A DNA stretch of 64,000 nt from an uncultured Acidobacteriaceae bacterium (GCA_963757965.1 CAVWTV010000021.1:32687-96686), one strand, 5' to 3'; positions 28,876 through 38,474 are shown, numbered from the stretch's first letter. Notes: generated from the sequence alone by a model not told the origin. Made by a program: numbers and translations.

Positions 28876-29043
28876 ACGGCTAGTAGTGCCGCAGGGCTGG
28901 TGTTGATGACCTATGACGACTGCCCAGAGGCGGTTGAAATGGCAAACAGCCACGGGTTCCAGATAGAACGAATTCCGATGAAAAACACCCACCACGAGAA
29001 GAAGTTCGAACTGCTCATATCAAACTGCGGGATTTCCGCTTAG
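28876..29043 (+). pseudogene. C-terminal remnant of a D12/Dam-class N6-adenine DNA methyltransferase
   Basis: The open frame reads ...GLVLMTYDDCPEAVEMANSHGFQIERIPMKNTHHEKKFELLISN*, resembling the extreme C-terminus of Dam-type MTases (..SYDD.pe....Y......i........E.LI.N). No N-terminal SAM-binding or DPPY part is present. Confidence 0.5.
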
Positions 29044-29142
29044 GCGGCAGGAACGGAAATATCCGGCCTCGAGCTGACCCCTCTGCTATTCCCTCCCCTC
29101 ACAGTGTTAGCCTTCACAAGAAGCTAAGAACCGGGGGAACCT

Positions 29143-31928
29143 GTGCGCCGTTATTTTGTTCGTCTTGCCACCATTGGATTGGTAACCGTATTCAGCCTTG
29201 GATCAGCCGCACAGACTACCCATCACCCAGCCAAACAAGCCCCCAGGCTCGCTGGGGAGGTGACCGATCCGGTTGCCGATCCCAAGGCGATAGTCGTCCT
29301 CGGCAACGCGCGCTTCACCGTGCTCACCCCGGAGCTTGATCCGCATGGAGTGGGCGGCGGACGGCAAGTTTGAAGACCACGCTTCATTCGTCTTTCTCAA
29401 TCGCCGGCTGCCGGTGCCCGAGTTCACCAGCACCGTCAGCAACGATGGGCATGCGCTTGAGATCAACACCGGATCGCTCTCGCTCACCTACACGCCGGAG
29501 CCCGGCGGCCGCTTTACTTCAGAAGATCTTGACAATTGAACTCACCGTCGACGGCAAGCCGGTGGTGTGGCATCCGGGGCTGGCCGACCCTCAGAATCTG
29601 CAGGGCACCACGCGCACGCTCGACGGCGCGCGCGGCAGCAAAACCAGGGAGCCGATCGAGCCGGGCCTGGTCTCGCGCTCCGGCTGGGCGCTGGTGGACG
29701 ACTCGACCCGCCCGCTCTTCGACTCCGCCGACTTCAGCTTTCGCAGGGCGAAAAGAGTCCCTGGCCCTGGGTCGTGGAGCGCGCCCGCGGGCGAGCGCCA
29801 GGACTGGTACTTCTTCGGCTACGGCCACGACTATCGCAAGGCCCTGGGCGACTACGTCCGCGTCGCCGGCCGCATCCCGCTGCCGCCGCGCTTCGCCTTC
29901 GGCGCGTGGTGGTCGCGCTACTGGGACTACACCGACCAGGAACTCGACGAGCTGGTCGCGGCTTCCACGAGAACGATGTGCCGCTCGACGTGCTGGTCAT
30001 CGACATGGGCTGGCACATCAGCAAAGAGCAGCTCCAGGCCGCCGGCGAGGTGGATCAGTCTCGCCACGACCTGGGCTGGACCGGCTACACCTGGAACAAG
30101 CTGCTCTTTCCCGATCCCGACCAGTTTCTGGCCAAGATCCACGCCGAGGGCCTGAAGGCCACGCTCAATCTTCATCCCGCCTCGGGCATTGAGCCCTGGG
30201 AGAAGGCCTATCCCGCCATGGCCGAGGCCATGGGCATCGATCCGGCGACAACGAAATACGTGCCCTTCGACATCGCCGACAAGAAATTCGCCGACAAACT
30301 ACATGAATCTGGTCCATCATCCGCTGGAAAAGCAGGGCATCGACTTCTGGTGGCTCGACTGGCAGCAGGAGCAGCACACGAACCTGCCCGGCGTCATGCC
30401 CACCTGGTGGCTCAACTACGTCCACTTCACCGATCAGCAGCGCGAGGGCAAGCGGCCGCTGCTCTTCCATCGCTGGGGCGGCCTGGGCAATCACCGCTAC
30501 CAGATCGGCTTCTCCGGCGACACCATTTCCGTCTGGGATTCGCTCGCCTTTCAGCCCTGGTTCACGGCCACCGCGGCCAACGTGGGCTACGCTTACTGGA
30601 GCCACGACATCGGCGGCCACATGCCCGGCGCTGTCGATCCTGAACTCTACACGCGCTGGGTGCAGTTCGGCGCCTTCAGCCCCATTCTGCGCACCCACAC
30701 CACCAAGAACCCCGACGCCGAGCGCCGCGTCTGGGCCTATCCCGAGCCGTACTCGGCAATCCTGCGCTCCACCTTCCAGCTGCGCTACGCGCTTGAGCCG
30801 TACATCTACACCGAGGCGCGCCGCACCTACGACACCGGCGTAGCTTTCTTCCGCCCGCTCTACTACGACTGGCCGCAGGAAGATGCCGCCTACACCAGCA
30901 AAGGTGAATACCTTTTCGGCGACCAGATGCTGGCCGCGCCGGTGACCGCGCCCGCCGACAAAGTCACGGGCCTGGCCACGGAAAAGGTCTGGCTGCCCGA
31001 GGGCGAATGGATCGAGTGGCCAACGGGCAAACACTTTACCGGACCAATCAACGTCGAGCGCAGCTTTTCCATCGAGCAGACGCCCATCTACCTGCGCGCC
31101 GGCGCCATCGTGCCCATGCAGCCGCCCATGCGCTACACCGGCGAGAAGCCCGTCGACCCGCTGATTGTGAACGTCTGGCCGCTGGAGCCGGGCTCGACTT
31201 CCAGCTATCAGGTCTATGAGGATTCAGGCGTCTCCGTCGAATATCAGCGCGGCGTCTTTGCGCGCACGCCGATCAAGGCCACTCAAACCGGCGACACGCT
31301 CAAGCTTGAAATCGGCCCGGTCGAAGGCAGTTTTCCGGGAATGCCGAAGACTCGCGGATACGAAATCCGCTTGCCCGCCGACTGGCCGCCCGTCGCGGTC
31401 ACAGTCAACGGCGTTGCCGTGAAGCAGGCCGGGCCGACAGGCAAGGGCGGCTGGTCGTTCGAAGGCAACACGCTGACGACCGTGATTCCCGTGGCCAGTG
31501 AAAGCGTCGCTTCCAAAGTGACCGTAGAGGTGCACCGCGCCACCGGCCTCACCGCCCGCCGCGGCGAACTCGATGGATTTGCCGGCGCCATGACCCGCCT
31601 GCGCTCCGCCTACGATGCCCTGCAGCAGACCGGTCCCGTCGCTTCCGCGCCCGATCCTCTGATCGACGCCATGCAGTCCGGCGATCGCCTCAGCTACCAC
31701 CCGGAGCACGCAACCGAGGAGATCGCCCACTTCCACAGTTCTCTGCCCATAGCCCAGGCCGCGGTAGCAGCAGTCGATGCAACTTTTGCGCAGCGCCTAG
31801 AAGATTGGATCAAGCGCCAGACGGCAAGCAATCAGCCGCCTTCGGATGCGGATATGGAAGCGCGAAAGCAAACCCGCCTTGCGTCTATGGCAAAAGCCCA
31901 CCGCCAGGTTAACGAAGCGGGGAAATAA
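29143..31928 (+). pseudogene. glycoside hydrolase family 31 (alpha-glucosidase/alpha-xylosidase-like), interrupted by at least 4 frameshifts
   Basis: Signal peptide at the GTG start. GH31 text is spread over frames: ...FTVLTPEL|IRMEWAADGKFEDH...|TIELTVDGKPVVW...DWYFFGYGHDYRKALGDY...PRFAFGAWWSRYW...|FHENDVPLDVLVIDMGWH...|YMNLVHHPLEKQGIDFWWLDW...WSHDIGGH... Confidence 0.85.
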
Positions 31929-31940
31929 GCCATCCGCAAG

Positions 31941-32765
31941 TTGCCCATGTACCATTTGGGCATGGCGCTGGTCGAGGTCAATTCGGTCTGGAAGAGCTAT
32001 CCACGGTGGACGGGTCTGCGGAGCGAGTTGCAGCACGTTGTGCGGGACGTGTCCCTGTCCATCGAACCTGGCGAAACGCTGGGGCTTGTTGGCGAGTCCG
32101 GGTCCGGCAAGACCACGCTGGCAAGAATGATTCTCGGCTTGATCGAGCCCAGCCGGGGCAATGTGCTGGTAGATAGCATCGATGTGGCCCGCGCTTCGGG
32201 ACCTGCGTTACGCCGCATGCGCCGCCAGATGCAGCCCGTTTTTCAGGACCCCTACGCCGCCCTCAATCCTCGCATGAACGTGCTCCAGATTGTCACCGAG
32301 CCGCTTGTGATTCATAAGGGCGAGGCGGGAATCGGGACGGACCGCAGGTCGTTGCGTGGCAAAGCACTGGAACTCCTGTCTGAAGTAGGCCTCGACGAGT
32401 CGGCGCTTGCTCGCCATCCGCACGAGTTCTCCGGCGGACAAAGGCAGCGCATCAATATCGCCCGCGCGCTGGCGTTGCGGCCAAAACTCCTGATCCTTGA
32501 CGAGCCGGTTTCAGCGCTGGATGTCAGTGTGGGCGCGCAAATCGTGAACCTGCTGCGACGGTTGCAGCGAGAACACGGCTTGACCTACCTGTTTATCTCG
32601 CACTCCATGCCGCTGGTGCGCTATTTGAGCACGCGAATCGCAGTCATGGAGCGAGGGCGCCTGGTCGAGTTCGGAGAAGCCCTGGAATTATGCGCCAACC
32701 CTCGAGAGAATTACACGCGCCAACTGATCGCAGCCACGCCGGAGTTGCCCACCGGCGTGGCCTGA
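31941..32765 (+). CDS. ABC transporter ATP-binding protein (DppF/OppF-like), no cognate permease nearby
   Basis: Walker A GESGSGKTT, signature FSGGQRQR and Walker B LLILDEP. Confidence 0.85.
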   Translation: MPMYHLGMALVEVNSVWKSYPRWTGLRSELQHVVRDVSLSIEPGETLGLVGESGSGKTTLARMILGLIEPSRGNVLVDSIDVARASGPALRRMRRQMQPVFQDPYAALNPRMNVLQIVTEPLVIHKGEAGIGTDRRSLRGKALELLSEVGLDESALARHPHEFSGGQRQRINIARALALRPKLLILDEPVSALDVSVGAQIVNLLRRLQREHGLTYLFISHSMPLVRYLSTRIAVMERGRLVEFGEALELCANPRENYTRQLIAATPELPTGVA

Positions 32766-32788
32766 TCGATCTGAAAAAAGCACCACCC

Positions 32789-33691
32789 CTACTTGGGCTG
32801 CGGCTGGGCCGGGGCCGTGGGGTTTGTTGGAGTTGCCGCGGGCTGCGCCGGAGTTGCCGTCGCAGCGGGAGCGGCAGCCGTTGGGGGTGCGGCTGCGCCA
32901 GGCGCTGTGCCGGGTGCAGCCGCTGTTGCCCCAGGTGTTGCCGTGCCGGGTTGAGCGGGCGACGGCGGCGCTCCCGGAGTTCCGGGAGTCTGCACCACCG
33001 GCTTGCCGTCCTTCATGATGACCGGACCATGAGCGGCGGGCGGCCCGGGGATCTCGCCTATGTCCACCAGTTCGACGTCAAAGATCAGATCGGCCTTGGG
33101 CGGAATCAGCGGATGCGCTGGATCCGGCCCCTGTCGGCCTACGGTCCCATAAGCCAATTGCCAGGGGATGAACAGGCGGCGCTTGCCGCCGATCTTCATT
33201 CCGATAAAGCCCTGGTCAAAGCCGGGAATCAGCTTGCCATAGCCCTGAGGGAAGGGCATGGGCTGTGGAACGTCCCGCTTCGGTTTGCCGTCATCACCGA
33301 GCACCGGCTTGCCGTCCTTGTCTCTGATTGGTGGTCCGGGATGGTCGTAGGATGAATCGAACTTCTTCCCGTCCGCGGCCAGCCAGCCGGTGTACATCAC
33401 CTTGTACATCTTGTTGGGCTGGGCTTCGGCGCCGGCGCCGATCGTGATGTCCTGGTAGCGCAAGACGAAGGCAGTTTGCACAACGCCCTTGACCGGAGGT
33501 ATTCCGGGAGGCAGCTTGATGGCTGTCGAAGACACCGCGGCATGGGTCGTGGAATGGGTCGCAGCGGCCGCGGGTGCGGCGGGCTTGGCGGGTACGGCCG
33601 GTTTGGCCGGAGTTTGGGCACTTGCGGCAGCAGTGCTTGCCGCAATCAAGAGCATCAGAAAACCTATTCTCATTGCCTGTTTCAGCTCCAT
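32789..33691 (-). CDS. FKBP-type peptidyl-prolyl cis-trans isomerase, secreted, with Pro/Ala-rich C-terminal tail
   Basis: Signal peptide. YTGWLAADGKKFDSSYD, IPGFDQGFIGMKIGGKRRLFIP and LIFDVELVDI motifs. The last ~65 aa are P/A/T low complexity. Confidence 0.85.
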   Translation of the reverse strand: MELKQAMRIGFLMLLIAASTAAASAQTPAKPAVPAKPAAPAAAATHSTTHAAVSSTAIKLPPGIPPVKGVVQTAFVLRYQDITIGAGAEAQPNKMYKVMYTGWLAADGKKFDSSYDHPGPPIRDKDGKPVLGDDGKPKRDVPQPMPFPQGYGKLIPGFDQGFIGMKIGGKRRLFIPWQLAYGTVGRQGPDPAHPLIPPKADLIFDVELVDIGEIPGPPAAHGPVIMKDGKPVVQTPGTPGAPPSPAQPGTATPGATAAAPGTAPGAAAPPTAAAPAATATPAQPAATPTNPTAPAQPQPK

Positions 33692-33711
33692 AAGTTCTTG
33701 AGGGCAGTTTA

Positions 33712-34896
33712 TCAGGTAGTCCCTCTAGTCGAACATAGCCCCGCCAGCAGTGCCGTTCTCGGCGCAAGGTGCTCAATCAGTACCGATTCGTGACGGGCGT
33801 GCGCGCCCTCGCCGACCGCGCCCATCCCGTCCAGGGTTGGAATACCGAGCGCCGAGGTGAAGTTGCCGTCGGAGGCGCCGCCGGTTGCCCCCTCGTCCAG
33901 TTGAATGCCCATCTCAGCCGCAAGCTTCCGGGCCTTTCTGTAGAGTTGCACGGTCCCCCTCGTCCGCTCCATGGGTGGGCGATTGATGCCGCCGAAGACG
34001 GCGAGTGCGCAGCGCTTGTCCGTCGGCTTCAGATTGGCAAACTTGCGCGTCAGCCGCGGCCCGTCTGCCTTGCGCGAGATTCGTCCATCAACCTCGGCCC
34101 AGGCATGAGCCGGAATCACATTCGTCTTCGTGCCCCCGCCGGCCACATCGACGCTCACCGTGAGGCCGCGCTTGAGGTCCGTCCAGCCGCTCACCGTCTC
34201 GATCGCGCGGGCCAGTTCTCGAATCGCATTCGCCCCTTTTTCAAAATCCACTCCGGCGTGTGCAGCCTCTCCCGTCACATCGATCCGCCAATTGCCCGTG
34301 CCCTTGCGGGCGGTCTTGTAGGCAAGCCCCTGCGCCGGCTCCAGCACATAAACAGCCCCGCACTCCGCCGCGAGCCACTCGGTATAGGGCCGCGAAGCCA
34401 TGCTGCCAACCTCTTCGTCGCTGTTCAGCAGCATCACAATCTCCCGCTGCAGCGCGCCCGACTCGATGAGCATCTCGATAGCGGTAAATGCCATGGCAAC
34501 ACCGGCCTTCATATCCAGCGTACCCGGGCCCCAAAGCCGTCCCTCCGCAACCCGGCAGGGCATGGTCTTGAGTGTGCCCACCGGCCAGACGGTATCCAGA
34601 TGCCCAAGCAGGAGGATTCGCTCCGATGAACCGGCCTTCGAATTCGCCGCCTTCGGCCCGAACCTCGCCTCGAACACATCGCCATACTCGCGATGCCGGT
34701 GAATTCTTACCCGCCCACCCGAGCCCTTGGCGTATGCGGCAACAATTGCAACGCAGGCGTCCACGGCAGCTTTGTCATCCGACGGCGACTCGACTCGAAC
34801 CAATCGCTGCGTCAGGTCAAGCAACGCGGGCTGCTTTCGCCGGGCGCCCGCCAGCAATGCGCGCATGGGAATCGGAAGATCGGAGCCTGTCATCAT
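33712..34896 (-). CDS. M20-family metallopeptidase (carboxypeptidase G2-like)
   Basis: LLLGHLDTVWP, GTLDMKAG and NSDEEVGS motifs. Confidence 0.85.
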   Translation of the reverse strand: MMTGSDLPIPMRALLAGARRKQPALLDLTQRLVRVESPSDDKAAVDACVAIVAAYAKGSGGRVRIHRHREYGDVFEARFGPKAANSKAGSSERILLLGHLDTVWPVGTLKTMPCRVAEGRLWGPGTLDMKAGVAMAFTAIEMLIESGALQREIVMLLNSDEEVGSMASRPYTEWLAAECGAVYVLEPAQGLAYKTARKGTGNWRIDVTGEAAHAGVDFEKGANAIRELARAIETVSGWTDLKRGLTVSVDVAGGGTKTNVIPAHAWAEVDGRISRKADGPRLTRKFANLKPTDKRCALAVFGGINRPPMERTRGTVQLYRKARKLAAEMGIQLDEGATGGASDGNFTSALGIPTLDGMGAVGEGAHARHESVLIEHLAPRTALLAGLCSTRGTT

Positions 34897-35052
34897 TCGT
34901 GGGCCTTTCCGGAGTCGGCAAGGGCAGACCGGTGAAGCGATTCTCTGATTCTACGACGGTTAAGCCACTCGCCCCCGCTTGATTCCATCCCGAACCGACA
35001 GAAGCGCGGTGGTCTGTCTGGCTCAGAGTGTGGCTAAAATGCCACAGGACAG

Positions 35053-36063
35053 ATGAGTCAATCCCCGTTTAACCTTGCAATTACGTCTTACCTTATCGAT
35101 AGTCTTGGAGAGCGAAGTTCATTGGCCAACGCCGCCCACCTCGAACAGACAATTGTTGCGCCAATCGAATTTACGGGCGTGGGGCTTCACTCCGGTGCTC
35201 CGGTAACCATGCGCCTGCTCCCGGCGCCCGCTGGATCGGGAATCGTTTTCCGCCGCACCGATCTGGACAACTTTGAAATTCCCGCCACTGGCCGGAACGT
35301 GGCCAAGGTGAGCTATGCCACCAGCCTGATGCGGCAGGGCGTGCTGATCTCCACCACCGAACATCTGCTTTCCGCACTGATCGGCATGGGCGTGGACAAC
35401 GCGATCGTTGAGCTGGACAACCTGGAACTGCCGATTCTGGACGGCAGTGCGCTGCCCTACGTCGAGGCCTTCCTCAGTGTTGGCATCCGCGTCCAGCGCC
35501 GCCGCCGCGAGACCATTCGCATCCTGCACGATGTCGAGGTGCGCGAGGGCAACAAATTCATCGGCGTTTATCCCGGGTCCGGCTACAGCATTCAGTACGC
35601 CATCGACTTTCCAGCGCCCATCGGCCAGCAGAAAGCCATGGTTGACCTGGCAGCGGAAACCTATGGCGCCACCATCGCGCCTGCCCGCACCTTCGGTTAC
35701 AAGGCCGACGAGAGTCGACTGCGCGATATGGGTCTGATCCGAGGCGCCGGTCCGGAAAACGCCATCATCCTCGGCGCGCAGGGTCCCGAAAACGGCTCGC
35801 TTCGCTTTCCCGATGAGTACGTGCGCCACAAAGTTTTGGACCTGATTGGCGATCTGGCTTTGGCCGGACGGCGCATCGAGGGTCACGTGGTTGCCGAGCG
35901 CGCCGGTCATGCCATGCACACCGCACTTGTCTCGCGCTTGATCAAGGACCGCTCAGCATGGGAGTTGGCGCACGTTCCGGTGGAATCGGCGCTCCCGGAA
36001 GAACCCAGCGCGGAATCTCTGCATGGCTACACGATGGACAGCCCAGCATTGCTCGGCGCTTGA
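35053..36063 (+). CDS. lpxC: UDP-3-O-acyl-N-acetylglucosamine deacetylase
   Basis: GVGLHSG..V...L.PAP...GIVFRRTDL, TTEHLLSAL, ELPILDGSA and HKVLDLIGDL are LpxC hallmarks. Confidence 0.95.
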   Translation: MSQSPFNLAITSYLIDSLGERSSLANAAHLEQTIVAPIEFTGVGLHSGAPVTMRLLPAPAGSGIVFRRTDLDNFEIPATGRNVAKVSYATSLMRQGVLISTTEHLLSALIGMGVDNAIVELDNLELPILDGSALPYVEAFLSVGIRVQRRRRETIRILHDVEVREGNKFIGVYPGSGYSIQYAIDFPAPIGQQKAMVDLAAETYGATIAPARTFGYKADESRLRDMGLIRGAGPENAIILGAQGPENGSLRFPDEYVRHKVLDLIGDLALAGRRIEGHVVAERAGHAMHTALVSRLIKDRSAWELAHVPVESALPEEPSAESLHGYTMDSPALLGA

Positions 36064-36067
36064 TTCA

Positions 36068-36098
36068 TAGGGACTAGGGACTAGGGACTAGGGAATAG
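36068..36098. repeat. tandem heptamer array (TAGGGAC)x3 + TAGGGAA + TAG, left flank of the four-helix-bundle gene
   Basis: Read directly, starting 5 nt after the lpxC stop. Confidence 0.9.
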
Positions 36099-36118
36099 AA
36101 AACATTAGAGTCCTGCGA

Positions 36119-36475
36119 TTATTTCCGCAATGTTTTCATTATGGCGACAAGCATCCGGCCAACTTCGTCGCATAGGCCCTCCGTCGAGCGCAGAGCTTCA
36201 GCCGAACCGAAACTCAATGCATCCGCGATCACAAGTTGCGTTTCGACTTCGCAGTTTGACCCTCTCGCATGGCCAAGAAAGAGTAGATACTCCCCTTTTG
36301 TAGACTTGCCGTAACCTTCGGCTATGTTGCTGGCGACCGAGACGGATGCTCGCCGCAGTTGGTTGGTGAGGCCGAAGTGTTCGGAGGATGGAAAAGTCGT
36401 AGTAAGTTCGTACACAGCTACGGTCAACTGAATGGCACGTTGCCAAACGATCTGATCTCTGAACGACTCACCCAA
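36119..36475 (-). CDS. four-helix-bundle protein ('23S rRNA intervening-sequence protein' / S23-like family)
   Basis: FRDQIVWQRAIQLTVAVYELTTTFPSSEHFGLTNQLRRASVSVASNIAEGYGK...GSNCEVETQL is the family signature. No ATG is available, so I propose the TTG at 36475 (or CTG at 36481) preceded by AGGGGG. The ORF itself opens at 36589. Confidence 0.8.
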   Translation of the reverse strand: MGESFRDQIVWQRAIQLTVAVYELTTTFPSSEHFGLTNQLRRASVSVASNIAEGYGKSTKGEYLLFLGHARGSNCEVETQLVIADALSFGSAEALRSTEGLCDEVGRMLVAIMKTLRK

Positions 36476-36485
36476 CTTCAGCCCC

Positions 36486-36510
36486 CTATTCCCTATTCCC
36501 TGGTCCCTAG
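36486..36510. repeat. inverted heptamer array CTATTCC CTATTCC CTGGTCC CTAG, right flank of the four-helix-bundle gene
   Basis: It is the reverse complement of the left array. 36493-36510 pairs with 36081-36098 at 17 of 18 positions. It overlaps the stop codon of the lactonase gene. Confidence 0.9.
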
Positions 36511-37634
36511 AACAGAATCCGCATCGGCGTGGCCGCTGCAAAGCTCTTGCCCTCCGCAGCGAGCACCCCGGTCTCGGGGTTGCGCGCAAACACGCTGATC
36601 AGGTTGGAATCCTGATTGGCCACCAGCATCCAGCGCTCGGTCGGGTCCAGCACAAAGTTCCGCGGAGTCTTCCCGCCGCAGTTCGAGCGGCCAATCGGCG
36701 TAAGTGCGCCGGTCTTCGGATCGGCGTTGAAGCTATAGAGAAAATCGTTGTCGCGATTGGCGAAGTAGACGAATCGTCCATCCTTTGAGATCACGGTATC
36801 GCAGGCGCGGGTAGGCCCGTGGTATCCCTCCGGCAAAAGCTGGATACGGGTGACCAATGCAAGCTCACCGTCAGCCTTGCTCCACTCCAGCACGTCCACC
36901 GTCGAGTTCAGTTCGTTCACCGAGTAGGCGGTGTGGTCATTGGGATGAAAGTGCAGCGTACGCGGCCCGGCGCCGGGCTGGGCGCTGTACGATCCGGCGG
37001 GCTTCAGCATTGCGGTGTCCACGTCCAGGCTGTAGATATGAATCATGTCGCCGCCCAGATCGTTGATGTAGGCAAAGCGGTTGTCGGGCGAGAAGGAAAC
37101 AAAATGAGCGTGCGCGCTTTGCTGGCGATCGGTGTTGGGGCCGTGCACGGTGTATCGCTCCATCCAGACTGCGGGGCTGAGGCTGCCGGCCATGGCAAGA
37201 AAACTGGCCGCGCTGCCGCCGGCGTAGTCGGCTGAGACCAGGACGCGCCCGGTGTGGTCGAGGGCCACGTAGCATGTGCCCGGGCCCGCCGAGTTCGGCA
37301 TGTTCATCAGGCTCAGTTTTCCATTCTCGACGCGGAATCCGGCCACGGCGCCGGTCTTCCTTCCGTTGAACGAGTCAACCTCGGACGCCGCGTAGAGATA
37401 CTTGCCATCGGGCGAGGCAGTAATCCACGCGACGCTGGGGACATCGGACGCAACCCCCGCCGGCGTCAACTCGGCTTTCATCGGGTCCCAGTCATACGCC
37501 AGAATTCCGTTCGGCGTTCCCGATGCGATGAAGACTCTTTGCTTGGGCGATGCGGCAAGGCTGGTTGATGCTGCGGCGGCAACGGTGGCGGCGGAGGCGG
37601 TCATCAGGAATTCCCGGCGAGAGAGTTTTTTCAT
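36507..37634 (-). CDS. 7-bladed beta-propeller lactonase (6-phosphogluconolactonase-like), Tat/Sec leader
   Basis: MKKLSRREFLMTASAATVAAAAS leader. Repeated propeller text (HFVSFSPDNRFAYINDLG, LHFHPNDHTAYSVNEL, FVLDPTERWMLVANQ). Confidence 0.8.
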   Translation of the reverse strand: MKKLSRREFLMTASAATVAAAASTSLAASPKQRVFIASGTPNGILAYDWDPMKAELTPAGVASDVPSVAWITASPDGKYLYAASEVDSFNGRKTGAVAGFRVENGKLSLMNMPNSAGPGTCYVALDHTGRVLVSADYAGGSAASFLAMAGSLSPAVWMERYTVHGPNTDRQQSAHAHFVSFSPDNRFAYINDLGGDMIHIYSLDVDTAMLKPAGSYSAQPGAGPRTLHFHPNDHTAYSVNELNSTVDVLEWSKADGELALVTRIQLLPEGYHGPTRACDTVISKDGRFVYFANRDNDFLYSFNADPKTGALTPIGRSNCGGKTPRNFVLDPTERWMLVANQDSNLISVFARNPETGVLAAEGKSFAAATPMRILF

Positions 37635-37742
37635 GGCAGAAGGAATTGTCGCCGATTGAGCGTGGAGCGCGCCAGTTCGTAAGTTGACGGGGCACCCTCG
37701 CTTCGCCGTGGATTTTCGCCTTTGCCTTGCCCTGAAGCTCTC

Positions 37743-38474
37743 CTAATGACTATCTGAGGCGGCCGGGATTTGAGCTGTGACTTTCCCGCTTGCATCCAGT
37801 AACTGGATCACCGGTGATCCGTCGGGCTTGACCCGGAGTAAAAGACGATCCCGGCCTTCTTGATCCATCAATCGCAGCCCAACTGAACGGTCCCCTACGC
37901 GCCCGAGGTAGGCCCGCTGCTTGTCGCCAGGATGCGAAGCCGCAAATTTGTTCCATTCGGTCTCCTGCTGCGCAGGGGGGAGCTTTTCGATGCGCGATGA
38001 AGCTTCGATGGCATCCGTGATTGGATAGTCTCCTCTATCCCAAATGGCAAGGCCCGACCTCTGGCCGCCATTGTCCTCGTCCGCGTCGATGGTGAACACC
38101 TGGTCTTGATCGTACTGATCGAAACTCAAGTGGCCCCAACTATCGACTTTTCCATCCTTGTCTTTCATTCCCCCGAAGATCAGTCCGCCGTTCTCGGTGC
38201 CTTCGTCGTTAAAGAACAGTACTCCGGCTGTCTTCCGGTTTTCGTCCGGGTACTCCTTGCCCTTCACAATCAGACCTGGCGCTCTCGATTTATCGGATAG
38301 GACGATGCGCAGGGTACCGTCCGGTTCCACAATGTTGATGCGCTGAACATCGATCCCCTCAAACGCAGACCTCTTGGCTGGGCCGGCAAAGCCCCCCAGA
38401 ATCGTGACAGCGAATACCGCCGTCAAAACACCTGAATAGATCGCGAGAAAGCGCGGGTTGGCCATGAACTTCAC
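37743..38474 (-). CDS. membrane-anchored hypothetical protein
   Basis: 243 aa with an N-terminal TM anchor. No motif recognised. Confidence 0.55.
   Translation of the reverse strand: MKFMANPRFLAIYSGVLTAVFAVTILGGFAGPAKRSAFEGIDVQRINIVEPDGTLRIVLSDKSRAPGLIVKGKEYPDENRKTAGVLFFNDEGTENGGLIFGGMKDKDGKVDSWGHLSFDQYDQDQVFTIDADEDNGGQRSGLAIWDRGDYPITDAIEASSRIEKLPPAQQETEWNKFAASHPGDKQRAYLGRVGDRSVGLRLMDQEGRDRLLLRVKPDGSPVIQLLDASGKVTAQIPAASDSH

Noticed and set aside
32789-33040. Pro/Ala-rich repeat region, and the antisense ORF 32690..33355
   Set aside because: This is the low-complexity C-terminal tail of the FKBP isomerase. It is not a DNA tandem repeat with a fixed unit, and the antisense ORF is a composition artefact.
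36068-36510. Possible CRISPR array (short tandem repeats)
   Set aside because: The units are 7 nt with no spacers, the arrays are only ~25-30 nt long, and no cas genes are present. I interpret them as inverted flanks of a cassette instead.
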